Assembly: GCF_036323395.1 (NCBI RefSeq)
Contig: NZ_AP028907.1
Span: 2,040,001 to 2,072,000, forward strand
DNA: 32,000 nt
Direction of reading: 5' to 3'
From: Pyrodictium abyssi
GTDB lineage: Archaea > Thermoproteota > Thermoprotei_A > Sulfolobales > Pyrodictiaceae
This document shows, one piece after another, positions 1 through 8,337 of the stretch; position 1 is the first letter of the stretch; every line of letters begins with the position of its first letter. A model generated the notes under the pieces. That model saw nothing but the letters and a program-made list of their open reading frames with translations. It searched no databases and had not been told where the DNA came from. The position numbers and the translations under genes are program-made.

Positions 1-467
1 GCGCGGTCCTTGCGGTCGGCCTCTAGCCGCGGCTCGCCTCCGGGGACGAGGCGGCCCCAGGGGTCGAAGGCTAGCGCAGGCGAGACCCAGTACTTTATGC
101 CGAGCTCCCGTGCGACGCGAGACACTACGACGTCTACCCCGCCGCTTACTAGCGCGGATTCTATCCCGGCCTCCCTGAGTATGCGTACAGCCTCGTAGGC
201 GTCGCGGTTTATGGGTACGCTGGAGAAGAGCTCCTCTAGGTCCCACCGGGTTATACCGGGCATAGCCTCTATCCACGCGAGCGTGTCGAGGAACATCCAC
301 TCCCAGTAGCCTATCTTGCCCTCCATGAAGAGGCGGTAGTTCAGCTCGCTCTCTCTGGTCGTGCCGGCGCGCTCGTGTATGTAGCCCCAGCTGCTGCGTA
401 TAGGCAGTATGACCCCGTCCACGTCGAAGGCTACGAGCCTTATCCGGCACCTACTGGGCTCGTGCAA
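1..467 (-). CDS. HAD-superfamily phosphatase (phosphoserine-phosphatase-like), partial; C-terminus runs off the left edge
   Basis: Hand translation of the minus strand gives (M)HEPSRCRIRLVAFDVDGVILPIRSSWGYIHERAGTT...ESALVSGGVDVVVSRVARELGIKYW...DPWGRLVPGGEP. It has HAD motif I (DVDGV) and the S-G-G motif. An in-frame TAG lies just upstream of TTG at 467. The ORF is missing from the track because it has no stop inside the window. Confidence 0.6.
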   Translation of the reverse strand, partial: MHEPSRCRIRLVAFDVDGVILPIRSSWGYIHERAGTTRESELNYRLFMEGKIGYWEWMFLDTLAWIEAMPGITRWDLEELFSSVPINRDAYEAVRILREAGIESALVSGGVDVVVSRVARELGIKYWVSPALAFDPWGRLVPGGEPRLEADRKDR

Positions 468-513
468 TGCCCGCCCCTCTACCCCTCCCCGTGGCCCCTA
501 TGCGCCCAGCTCT

Positions 514-1257
514 ATGTGGCTGCCGCTACGCGTATCAAAGGGAGCCGGGCCCGCCTCTAGCCCCTGGAGGCGCGTAGCAGCCGTGAACCCCCTGCTTGCC
601 GTCCTCGTCCTCGCCCTAGTCTCGCTCCAGCTCCCCGCAGCTACAGACGCGCAGGACACGCCAGGCCCCGGAGACTACGCGGTCTACAGCGTCGAGGCGA
701 GCACCGGCGTAAAGCTGCAGGTGAGGGTGGACATACTTGATGCGGACGACGAGGGCTTCCTGGTAGAGACCCGCGTGGTGAATGCGAGCGGCGTAGGAGA
801 CCCAGTAGCCAGGCTCTTAGCCGGCGGGCTCGAAGGGAGGCACCGCATCCCCCGCGGCAACCGGGTAAACATGACAGCGCTTGTCATGCTCGGGGCGGGG
901 CCCGGTATACTCTACGTGGACCCCGGTAGCCTCCCAAATGGAGGTGTGGTGGAGAAGAGCCTCCGGTTCATGGGGGCGAAGCTAAGGATACGTGCAGCGT
1001 GGGACACAGGGAGCGGCTGGCTAAAGGCACCTAGCGGCCGATATCCGGGGTGCATCGAGGCGGCCCTACAGGCTCGAGGTAAGGCTCGTAGACTCCAGCT
1101 TCATGGACGCCACGAGGCCAACAAGCACCGGGTATTAATCCCTCCACAGCCTATACCTAACACGTATAGTGGAGGTAAGCCGCTTCCATGTCTACCCGTG
1201 TCTCCCGCTCCATCGCCCCCGTGGCCGTTAGCCTCCCCGGGAGCCTCTCCGGCGTAG
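514..1257 (+). CDS. Secreted or membrane-anchored hypothetical protein; N-terminal signal-like segment, 3' end doubtful (possible frameshift)
   Basis: This is an internal ATG of ORF 409..1257. It precedes the hydrophobic stretch VAAVNPLLAVLVLALVSLQLPAATDA, and upstream of it the ORF overlaps the HAD gene on the other strand. After about 1065 the codon usage becomes atypical for this genome, while another frame looks coding (see findings). Confidence 0.45.
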   Translation: MWLPLRVSKGAGPASSPWRRVAAVNPLLAVLVLALVSLQLPAATDAQDTPGPGDYAVYSVEASTGVKLQVRVDILDADDEGFLVETRVVNASGVGDPVARLLAGGLEGRHRIPRGNRVNMTALVMLGAGPGILYVDPGSLPNGGVVEKSLRFMGAKLRIRAAWDTGSGWLKAPSGRYPGCIEAALQARGKARRLQLHGRHEANKHRVLIPPQPIPNTYSGGKPLPCLPVSPAPSPPWPLASPGASPA

Positions 1258-2081
1258 CAGCTGTCGCGACCAGCCGCCCACAAGCCGTGGTCACGGTGGA
1301 GCAGCTCTCCGATAGGGGGATAGCCGTCGAGACCCAGGGCCCCCAGGGCCCAGCCCTACGCGCAGCCTACGAGGCCGCGAGGCTCCTCCTCGAGGCCCTG
1401 GGCGAGGAGGCCCAGCTACGCGTCACACTCGAGCTAGAGGAGCCCCTCATAAGCCCGGTCTCCTCAGCAGCGGCCGCTACGGCGGCGGCGCTCATAGAGC
1501 TCCTCGGGGTCGAGCCCGGCCCCCAGGAGCTAGCCCGCGTCCTAAACCGGGCCGTAGCGATAGCGTCCGGCAGGCCCCGCGCAGCGCTAACAGCAGCCGC
1601 CCTCCTCGGCGGCCTCGCCTCCGGCAGTGAGCAGCCGCCCTACTACGCGCGCCACCAGGTGGAGCCGCCGCGCTGGCGCATATACGTCGTCAAGCCCTGC
1701 AAGCCTCTAGCCGAGCCACCAGTACTCGTGTCCGCGGACCGGCTACTCCAGCTAAGCCAGGCAGCAGCCACCTTGCTAGCAGCAGCCGCTGTCGAGGGCT
1801 GGAACAACCGTCTAGCAAAGCTGATGGCGCAGGAGAGCCCATGGGACTACGCGGCCCCGGAGTATATCCGGCGTGCACGCACCGAGGCCCTCGAAGCAGG
1901 CGCAGTAGCCGCAGGCCTAGACCCCTACACCGGCGTACTCGTGGTTCTCGCAGAGGAGCCCGGGCCCGGCGAACGGGCAGCTGCCATACTAGAGGCGGCC
2001 CAGGGATGCCGGCCAGAACAGGTAGAGCTACAGGCGTCGGACAAGGGAGCACTGGTGCGCAGGGAGGCCGAGGAAGCCTAG
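1188..2081 (+). CDS. GHMP-kinase-fold protein with a degenerate phosphate-binding motif
   Basis: The 297-aa ORF has the GHMP layout. The N-terminus reads APVAVSLPGSLSG. The motif-II position reads PLISPVSSAAAATAAALIELLG instead of the canonical PxGSGLGSSAA. The C-terminus reads GAVAAGLDPYTGVLVVL. Specific function unknown. Confidence 0.5.
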   Translation: MSTRVSRSIAPVAVSLPGSLSGVAAVATSRPQAVVTVEQLSDRGIAVETQGPQGPALRAAYEAARLLLEALGEEAQLRVTLELEEPLISPVSSAAAATAAALIELLGVEPGPQELARVLNRAVAIASGRPRAALTAAALLGGLASGSEQPPYYARHQVEPPRWRIYVVKPCKPLAEPPVLVSADRLLQLSQAAATLLAAAAVEGWNNRLAKLMAQESPWDYAAPEYIRRARTEALEAGAVAAGLDPYTGVLVVLAEEPGPGERAAAILEAAQGCRPEQVELQASDKGALVRREAEEA

Positions 2082-2227
2082 CTCCGCGCCCCCGCTACAC
2101 CACGGCGCTCGTACGGGCCCCTGTCCTGCACCTTCTACGCAATAAGCCCGGGCAAGCCAGAAATACTCGCCCCTTGTACCTAGATGGTAGTATCTAGCTT
2201 CTCGCCGGAAGGGTGTGTCCGTGGGTC

Positions 2228-2479
2228 TTGGCCCGTATAATTATATACACGCGCAAGGCCCCAGTCCTCGTAAAGGATAGCCGCGGGGTAACAGTCGCAG
2301 CCATCTGTATGTGCGGGCTCAGCAAGAAATACCCATACTGCGACGGCAGCCACATAAAGACACAGGACGAGGAAGAAGGCAAGATCTACATATACGATGC
2401 ACAGGGAACCCGCATAGGCGAGATACCCGAGGAAAAAGCCAAGAAGCTGCTAGGAACAGAGAACCCCCGCACGGTTTAG
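2228..2479 (+). CDS. CDGSH iron-sulfur domain protein
   Basis: Contains the exact signature C-M-C-G-L-S-K-K-Y-P-Y-C-D-G-S-H (CxCxx[ST]xxxPxCDG[SAT]H). The ORF track starts at GTG 2213. The in-frame TTG at 2228 gives the family-typical N-terminus MARIIIYTRKAPVLV. Confidence 0.8.
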   Translation: MARIIIYTRKAPVLVKDSRGVTVAAICMCGLSKKYPYCDGSHIKTQDEEEGKIYIYDAQGTRIGEIPEEKAKKLLGTENPRTV

Positions 2480-2655
2480 CCACCGCCCTAGCCCCACGCC
2501 ATCTAGCCGGACAACGGCTATCACTCTCAGCTTCTTTCCATTGGAGCACCCTGCCCACCGGCATAGCGCACAGCAGCTACACAGGGCACCATGCACACAT
2601 AGCGCTGTGCAGAGCACCCCGGGCCCGAAGTCCCCGGGAGCCAAGGGATGCAGCA

Positions 2656-3342
2656 TTGACCCAGCAGCGGCTAAAGCTGGTACTCCTCGAATCACCGCTC
2701 GAGCTCGTGCCGAGAGAGCTATGGAGCCACCCCCAGGTAGCCTCGACAGCCAGGAAGTACGGAGCCAAGCCAGGCGAGATGCTCCTCGACAAGAGGCTAC
2801 ACTACCACGCCATGGCCAGCCTCCCGCAGAAGTGGAAGAGAGGACGCCCAGACATAGTATACATAACACTAATGCTGCTCATAGACTCGCTACTCAACCT
2901 CAAAGGCCACCTAGAGCTCTACATACACGTATACGACGGGCGCGTATTCGCCGTACACCCAGAGCTACGCCCACCAAGACACTACGAAGGCTTTAAGAGG
3001 ATCATGTCCCAGCTACTAGCCTACAACAAGGTACCACCCGGCGCAGACAAGCCACTCCTATGGCTCGAAGCCAACAGCCTAAAGGAATTCGTAGACCGGC
3101 ACGGCCGGATCATACTGCTATGGGAGCACGGCAAGCCAGCAACACCAGACACCGTGGTTGCGGACGCGCTCGAGTCTGGGCTCCCACTGGGCATCGGTAT
3201 GTTCCCCCGAGGAGACTTCAGGAAAACCACGCTAAGGAAGACGGCAAGAGCCTACAGCCTCGCCCAGGGAAGCCCGCTAAAATCGTGGACGGTCGCGCAC
3301 CTACTACTCTGCGCAGCCGAGAAACGGCTTCAACTCCTCTAG
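2656..3342 (+). CDS. nep1: Ribosomal RNA small-subunit methyltransferase Nep1/Emg1 (SPOUT family)
   Basis: The C-terminal 229 aa of ORF 2311..3342 begin (M)TQQRLKLVLLESPLELVPRE..., followed by ...DIVYITLMLLIDSLLNLKG...LLWLE. This is a typical Nep1 N-terminus and length. TTG 2656 is in frame. The upstream part of the ORF is Arg/Pro-rich junk overlapping the CDGSH gene. Confidence 0.8.
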   Translation: MTQQRLKLVLLESPLELVPRELWSHPQVASTARKYGAKPGEMLLDKRLHYHAMASLPQKWKRGRPDIVYITLMLLIDSLLNLKGHLELYIHVYDGRVFAVHPELRPPRHYEGFKRIMSQLLAYNKVPPGADKPLLWLEANSLKEFVDRHGRIILLWEHGKPATPDTVVADALESGLPLGIGMFPRGDFRKTTLRKTARAYSLAQGSPLKSWTVAHLLLCAAEKRLQLL

Positions 3343-3418
3343 GCCCCGGCAGGGACGAAGCCAGGTGTACCCGGGGGCTAGCTACGTGCATGATGCCCTT
3401 GGGGCGAAAACAACCTAG

Positions 3419-4003
3419 CTACCTAGCTGTGCACAGCCGCTGCTTCAGCTCGTCCAGTGCCTTGCTGTGCTCCTGTGTCCACAGCGCCTTGTCCTCTAGC
3501 TTTGGCTTGACTCTGTCCTCTATGAGTGATGTCAGCTGCTCTAGCAGGAGGATGATGTCGGTGGCTGCGCTCTCCCGGCTCGGGTAGCCGGAGAACTCCC
3601 CGGCAGGGTCTGGGCCATTATACTGGTAGGAGTGCAGCTCCCGCGCCATGCTAGTAGCTTGGCTGAGCCCATGGTAGCCTAGCTGTTCTAGCAGCTGTGC
3701 TAACGGCTTAAGCCGGGACGACGGTATAAGGGGTATAGCCCTCTCCTCCAGCCATTTTCTCTGCTCCTTGCCCAGCTTCTCCGCAATCCTGTCCTTCTCC
3801 AGGGCCAGCAGTGTCCCGAGCAGCGCCCTCCACGCCTGGAACGCTTTCCCCGCAGCGTTCCTGGTGTAGCCATGCTCGAGGAACTCTAGGGCCAGTAGTC
3901 CTTCTAGCAGTGCTTCTAGGGCCCGGGCAGCTGCGTAGCCTAGCCGGTTTCTCCTCGGCTTCGGTAATGGCTTGTCGAGCACAGTTGCGTCGAGAGAGCC
4001 CAC
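3419..4003 (-). CDS. PaREP1-family protein (archaeal all-helical family)
   Basis: The 194-aa ORF contains LEALLEGLLALEFLEHGYTRNAAGKAFQAWRALLGTLLA, which resembles the PaREP1 core (..G.yRNAAgKa.qA.ka). It is all-helical in character. Confidence 0.6.
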   Translation of the reverse strand: MGSLDATVLDKPLPKPRRNRLGYAAARALEALLEGLLALEFLEHGYTRNAAGKAFQAWRALLGTLLALEKDRIAEKLGKEQRKWLEERAIPLIPSSRLKPLAQLLEQLGYHGLSQATSMARELHSYQYNGPDPAGEFSGYPSRESAATDIILLLEQLTSLIEDRVKPKLEDKALWTQEHSKALDELKQRLCTAR

Positions 4004-4304
4004 GCCTGGTGCAGCCCCTCTACGGGGCTAAGGGTGCAACCGGTGCATATAACGCTTTAACCTCCTGTTGCAGCTCTTTACTGCGCCTACCGCGTTGCGC
4101 ACCGCAGGCTTCTACTGGCTAGGTTGTACCCAGCTTAGTGCCTGGCACATTCGGCTCTACGTGTGGTGGAGGCCCTGGTGGCTGCATCTCCGCGGGGCTA
4201 TGCTGGAGCAGGCGCGTAGTAGGGGGTGGTACGGCGTCTCGTGCGAAATAGAAGCTTTTTTAGTCTAGGCCTTCCGCGCGCCCTGCGGCGGAGAGGAATT
4301 TGCT

Positions 4305-5957
4305 ATGGGCCGGCTATGCAGCACGCTAGTAATACTGCTCCTCTTTTCAATGCTTTCGTTCGCGGCGCACGCGGGGACCTCAGAGGGTCAGCAGCCACTT
4401 GTAATGGCTGTGAACACAAGCTCAAACGTGATAGACGTCGATCTTTTCGATGCGGTTCTCATGACCCTGTCTGATAACGGCGTGGTTGAGATCTACAACA
4501 TTACCAGCGCTGGGCTTATCATGGTAGCCGAGACTAACCTAAGCGCTATTCATCCACGTGCTGTAGCGATTGCTGGCTGGGGGCTCTTGCTCGTCTGCAG
4601 CGAGAACGGCAGCATATACCTGGTCAACCCCGATGGGGGCCGCGTAGTGGACGTGTACAGGGGGCCAGCCTTTGGGCCCCTAAGGGACTGTGGGAGGGAG
4701 TGTATCCACCTAGGTGGAGGTGTTGTAGTGTTCAACGACTCTGTCGTGGTCCTTGATGTCGCGAGTAACGGGCTGGAAGAGACAGCCGTAGCCAGTAACT
4801 ACGGGGTTCTAGGGAGCTGGGACGCCTCGCTAATCGCGGCGGAACCCTATGTGGGCCTATCGCTGCTCTACGGTCAGCAGCCTCTAAAAGGCCCAGTAGT
4901 AGCGTACCTGGGTACGCGTGCTGGCGGCCTCGTAGCCGGGGCCTACGGGGCATTGACCTTCTCGCACGAGTCGATTCAGGTCAACTCCTCGCTCATAGGG
5001 GATGGTGTGGTCTGCGGGCTCTCTGTAGCGTCCGGCGCCTACTGGACACCGGAGTACATGGCGATAAGCATCAGCAGGGAGGGAGAGGGGCTAGTCCTGC
5101 TATACGAGCTGCCCGAGGTCGTCGGCGCAGGTGGCGGCATAAACCCCGTAGGTGCTGTGGCCATAGATGATGGAGTAGCCTCGGCTGCTTGGGTAGGGCG
5201 GCATAGCCTGGCCGTGGTGAGCCCGCAGGGAGCACTCTACATAGTCCAGGTACCCGGGAGCACTGTGGTAGAGAAGCATCAGCTCGGTATACCCCTCAAA
5301 GCTTGCACGGCTGCAGCCGTAGACGAGAAGTACGGCCTCCTCGCACTAGTAGGAAGAGACAATAGGGTATACATAGTCAGGCTCGGAGACAAGGAGCTGC
5401 CGCAGCCACCAAGCCACAGCGGAGAGGAGGCAACATCCCAGGCACCGGCGGCGCTAGACGGAGCTGGGGAAGCAGCCGGGGACACAGCCACTCCAAGCGA
5501 GACGCCCGCAGCCGAGACAACCCAGACTACAACCCACGCTACGGGCCCCACAACTGGGGCTCCGACCCCTAGAAACAGCCAAGCAGCGCAAACCACGACA
5601 ACAAAAACACATGCAGCAACAGTTACCGCGAGAACAGTAGCCAAGACAAGCCAGGCCAGCAAAGCGCGGGAAACGAGCCCAGAGGCGGAGTCCATCACAG
5701 CCACCGCCACTGAGGCACAGATGGCTACCGCTACACAGACACAGCACGGGCAGGGTGCGATCACTACAACACAGCAGAGCAGTAGTGGTATTGTGACGAG
5801 CAGCAGTCGGGAGGCAACCAGCGCCGCCAAGACAGAGCCAATAGGGCCCAATGGGGCTGAGACCGCTGGGCCCGGGCAGCAGTCCCTACCCCTATCAGCA
5901 GCTTTAGCGGTAGCAGTGGTAGCGCTCATACTCATGGCTGGCAGGCGAGTTCGGTAG
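4305..5957 (+). CDS. Cell-surface protein: signal peptide, beta-propeller-like domain, Thr/Ala/Gln-rich stalk, C-terminal TM anchor
   Basis: The N-terminus MGRLCSTLVILLLFSMLSFAAHAG looks like a signal peptide. Recurring blade-like strands are present: VVEIYNITS, SIYLVNPDGG, ALYIVQVPGS, RVYIVRLGD. A low-complexity T/A/Q/S-rich stalk spans roughly nt 5400-5880. The C-terminus is LPLSAALAVAVVALILMAGRRVR. Confidence 0.7.
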   Translation: MGRLCSTLVILLLFSMLSFAAHAGTSEGQQPLVMAVNTSSNVIDVDLFDAVLMTLSDNGVVEIYNITSAGLIMVAETNLSAIHPRAVAIAGWGLLLVCSENGSIYLVNPDGGRVVDVYRGPAFGPLRDCGRECIHLGGGVVVFNDSVVVLDVASNGLEETAVASNYGVLGSWDASLIAAEPYVGLSLLYGQQPLKGPVVAYLGTRAGGLVAGAYGALTFSHESIQVNSSLIGDGVVCGLSVASGAYWTPEYMAISISREGEGLVLLYELPEVVGAGGGINPVGAVAIDDGVASAAWVGRHSLAVVSPQGALYIVQVPGSTVVEKHQLGIPLKACTAAAVDEKYGLLALVGRDNRVYIVRLGDKELPQPPSHSGEEATSQAPAALDGAGEAAGDTATPSETPAAETTQTTTHATGPTTGAPTPRNSQAAQTTTTKTHAATVTARTVAKTSQASKARETSPEAESITATATEAQMATATQTQHGQGAITTTQQSSSGIVTSSSREATSAAKTEPIGPNGAETAGPGQQSLPLSAALAVAVVALILMAGRRVR

Positions 5958-6094
5958 CAGCCCCTTCTCGCTCCCGCTGCGCAGTCAATCCAGGGACCGG
6001 AGACAAGGCGTCCTCGCGGCCTTTTAGCAGACGGCGGGCTGCTTCGCCGGCTGCCTTCTCTTATGCAGGGGAAGGGGCTGCAGAGTAGAGGGGT

Positions 6095-6173
6095 TGGTGC
6101 GGCGGCCGGGATTTGAACCCGGGATCACCGGCTTGGGAGGCCGGCGTCCTAGTCCAGGCTAGACGACCGCCGC
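6095..6173 (-). tRNA. tRNA-Gly (anticodon CCC), CCA encoded, no intron
   Basis: The reverse complement folds by hand into a cloverleaf. Acceptor GCGGCGG pairs with CCGCCGC. D-stem GTCT pairs with GGAC. Anticodon stem CCGGC pairs with GCCGG, with loop CTCCCAA. T-arm is CCCGG-GTTCAAAT-CCCGG. Discriminator A is followed by CCA. Confidence 0.9.
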
Positions 6174-6238
6174 GCCCTTCTGGGCCCGCAGTGCTTGGCC
6201 CGGCCGCTCCATTGGAGTTTCTCCCCGTTGGGTCCGGG

Positions 6239-6246
6239 TTTATAGG
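6239..6246. promoter_or_regulatory. TATA-like box (tttatagg / cctataaa) between the divergent tRNA-Gly and ligT
   Basis: This is the only AT-rich octamer in the otherwise G+C-rich 6174-6288 spacer. It lies about 47 nt upstream of the ligT start and about 66 nt upstream of the tRNA 5' end. Which gene it serves is not determined. Confidence 0.3.
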
Positions 6247-6288
6247 GTTTCCCTGGGGCCTGGCTGTCCCCCGGGGTGTGGGTCTGGG

Positions 6289-6873
6289 TTGAGTGTTGAG
6301 CGGATACGCGCCTTCATAGCGGTCGATATCGAGGAGCCTAGTGTGGTTTCGCGGCTAGTGCAGATACGCGACGCGTTCGTCGCTACTGGTGCCCCTATGA
6401 AGCCTGTTGAGGACCATAACATGCATATTACGCTCCGGTTCCTCGGGAACATACCGTTTAGCCTCGTGGACGAGATTGAGCGTGTGATTGCCGCGTCTGC
6501 TCCCCGGCGTGTCGTGTTGAGGCTCCGGGGTGTGGGCGCGTTCCCGAGCCCGGTAAGGCCCCGTGTGATATGGGTTGGGGTCTCGGAGGGCGCGGGGGAG
6601 CTCGAGCGCATCTATAGGGAGATAGAGAAGGGGCTACGGCGGCTCGGGTTCCGGCCGGAGCGGGAGCAGTTCGTGCCGCATGTGACGCTTGCCCGGCTCA
6701 AGGGGTCGCGGAACCTTGAGCGCGTCGTGAAGCTGCTGCGGGAGATGGAGGACGTAGAGGTCGGGGAGATTGTGCTGGAGAGCGTGAGGCTCAAGCAGAG
6801 CATACTGACGCCGAGGGGCCCGATCTACCGGACGCTACGCGAGGTGAAGGCCGCCGAGGCTGCCGAGTCCTAG
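6289..6873 (+). CDS. ligT: RNA 2',3'-cyclic phosphodiesterase / 2'-5' RNA ligase (2H phosphoesterase, LigT/ThpR)
   Basis: Two HxT/Sx motifs sit at the canonical spacing: HITLRFLG and HVTLARLKG. The N-terminus RAFIAVDI and the 194-aa length are typical of the family. Confidence 0.85.
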   Translation: MSVERIRAFIAVDIEEPSVVSRLVQIRDAFVATGAPMKPVEDHNMHITLRFLGNIPFSLVDEIERVIAASAPRRVVLRLRGVGAFPSPVRPRVIWVGVSEGAGELERIYREIEKGLRRLGFRPEREQFVPHVTLARLKGSRNLERVVKLLREMEDVEVGEIVLESVRLKQSILTPRGPIYRTLREVKAAEAAES

Positions 6874-7372
6874 GACCTGCTCTATAAGCCGCCTAGTGAG
6901 CGACTAAGAGTAGAAGGCGGTGTTAGGGTGCCTAAGACCCGCTTTCTATCCCCACCTATGGTGTTTATGATGTGAGTGGGTTTGGATTTCGCAGGTGGTG
7001 CGGACTATTATTGTTACTATTCCCGCCATTCTAATCGCAGACTCTCAAGTAGTAGCTATGGGCTGTGAATCCCCGCTAGTACTCACGTACCACCATGTAC
7101 AGCGTTTGTATAGGGGACGTATATCCTTACATTTTATCTTACTCATGGTGTAATGTTCCACGACTCATGCTATAAGATGTGAGGCACCAAGACATTGGTT
7201 AGCATGAAGTCTAACAAGATAAACGTAAAAGACAAATAGATTAGAGTCTACAAGATCTCACCATGTTATTCAAAATTCATATAGAGATTTAAGACGTCGG
7301 GTAGCGAGTTGGGGTGGCTGCATTCCGGCCCTTCAGCGGAAGAAGGACTCCTCTAAGTTTTAATGAGCCTAC

Positions 7373-7400
7373 AGTTGCCAGTAATCCTCGGCAACTTTTT
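7373..7400 (+). terminator. Hairpin plus T5 run (terminator-like) inside the ORF-free AT-rich segment
   Basis: The stem agttgcc (7373-7379) pairs with ggcaact (7390-7396) across a 10-nt loop. The second arm runs into ttttt (7396-7400). Confidence 0.3.
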
Positions 7401-7484
7401 GTGAATCTGGTATGGCTTTTGGGCTGTGTATGGGCCCTATGAGCGTTTTAGGACTATTGTAGCGGCGTGTAGTGTGAAGCGTCG

Positions 7485-7844
7485 TTGTCTACTCTATTCA
7501 AGGATTCTAATAGTATTTCTCTAATAGGCTCTGGTAGATTTATCAACCTGTCTGATGCCAGGTTAGTTTCTGAATTGGTGGTTCGTCTGACCGGACTACG
7601 GACCAAGGTTAGGGTTGGTAGGCGTGGGGTCATAGTGATCCCTAAGGGTATTCGTGAGAGGCTCGGAATAGTGGAAGGTATGGTTCTCGAGCTGAGTGTT
7701 GAGGGTGACAGGATAGTTCTCCGTGCTAAGGATTTGTGGAGTGAGCTGAGAGAACGTGGTAAGAGGCTCAGAGTGAACATTGACGAAGCTGAGAAGGAAC
7801 TCGATGAGGATGAGGAGCGTTGGGTAGAAAGGCTAGAGCAGTAG
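7485..7844 (+). CDS. vapB: VapB-type antitoxin, AbrB/SpoVT (swapped-hairpin) DNA-binding domain
   Basis: Contains the AbrB-fold core VGRRGVIVIPKGIRERLGIVEGMVLELSVEGDRIVLR followed by an acidic tail. The true start is probably an internal GTG/TTG near 7574-7579. The gene overlaps the PIN gene start. Confidence 0.75.
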   Translation: MSTLFKDSNSISLIGSGRFINLSDARLVSELVVRLTGLRTKVRVGRRGVIVIPKGIRERLGIVEGMVLELSVEGDRIVLRAKDLWSELRERGKRLRVNIDEAEKELDEDEERWVERLEQ

Positions 7845-8272
7845 TAGACACCTACGCTATTATCGCTGACTTGACCGGCCAGGCTACGTCAAGAGCCGCC
7901 GAACTCCTCGAAGGAGTAAGGCTTGGAAGCATCGAGGGAATTCTGCACTATCTCGTAGTCTATGAGCTCTCCTACCACTGGAGGAGGGGCCGGCTACCTT
8001 TCAGAGATGAGGAGGAGTTACTGGATTTCATAGACTCGTATTTTACCGTAAAGGCGTTGGATAATGTTATCGCGGTAAAGGCTTCGGGGGTAAAGCTTCT
8101 CGGAGATCAGTTGCTAGCAAAAGCCGAGGACCCAAGGCTTCGCCGAAGGAGACTATCTGTAGCAGATGCAACAACGATAGCTATAGCCATGATGGAGAAC
8201 GCACCCATAGTAACAGGGGACGCCGACTTATCCTACGTCGCAAGAAATCTAGGCATTGGTATTATCTGGTAA
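7820..8272 (+). CDS. vapC: VapC-type toxin, PIN-domain ribonuclease
   Basis: PIN acidic residues are in context: VVDTYAII (D), VVYELSY (E), SVADATTIAIA (D), IVTGDADL (D). The 5' end overlaps vapB, the classic arrangement for a type II toxin-antitoxin pair. Confidence 0.8.
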   Translation: MGRKARAVVDTYAIIADLTGQATSRAAELLEGVRLGSIEGILHYLVVYELSYHWRRGRLPFRDEEELLDFIDSYFTVKALDNVIAVKASGVKLLGDQLLAKAEDPRLRRRRLSVADATTIAIAMMENAPIVTGDADLSYVARNLGIGIIW

Positions 8273-8337
8273 CGACATTGCGCTAAGCTATTTGATCTAA
8301 GCTAGTATATTGTAGAGTTTGATGATCTATAAGGAGC

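Noticed and set aside
2311-2655. N-terminal 115 codons of the 343-aa ORF containing Nep1
   Set aside because: This part is Arg/His/Pro-rich and overlaps the CDGSH gene in another frame. Nep1 homology starts at LKLVLLESPLE, and an in-frame TTG at 2656 gives the normal length.
5400-5900. Possible tandem repeat or CRISPR-like array in the Thr-rich region
   Set aside because: There is no fixed-period exact nucleotide repeat and no repeat/spacer structure. It is low-complexity coding sequence within a continuous ORF.
5279-5935. 218-aa minus-strand ORF rich in V/A/C
   Set aside because: It is antisense to the Thr-rich stalk of the surface protein. ACN/GCN codons read backwards give V/A/C runs. 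There is no independent support.
6995-7002. 8-nt match (tggtgcgg) to the 3' end of tRNA-Gly, in direct orientation with the intact gene; considered as a possible att core
   Set aside because: It is too short to distinguish from chance. It also lies on the 5' side of the tRNA, where a simple 3'-end integration would not place the second att copy.
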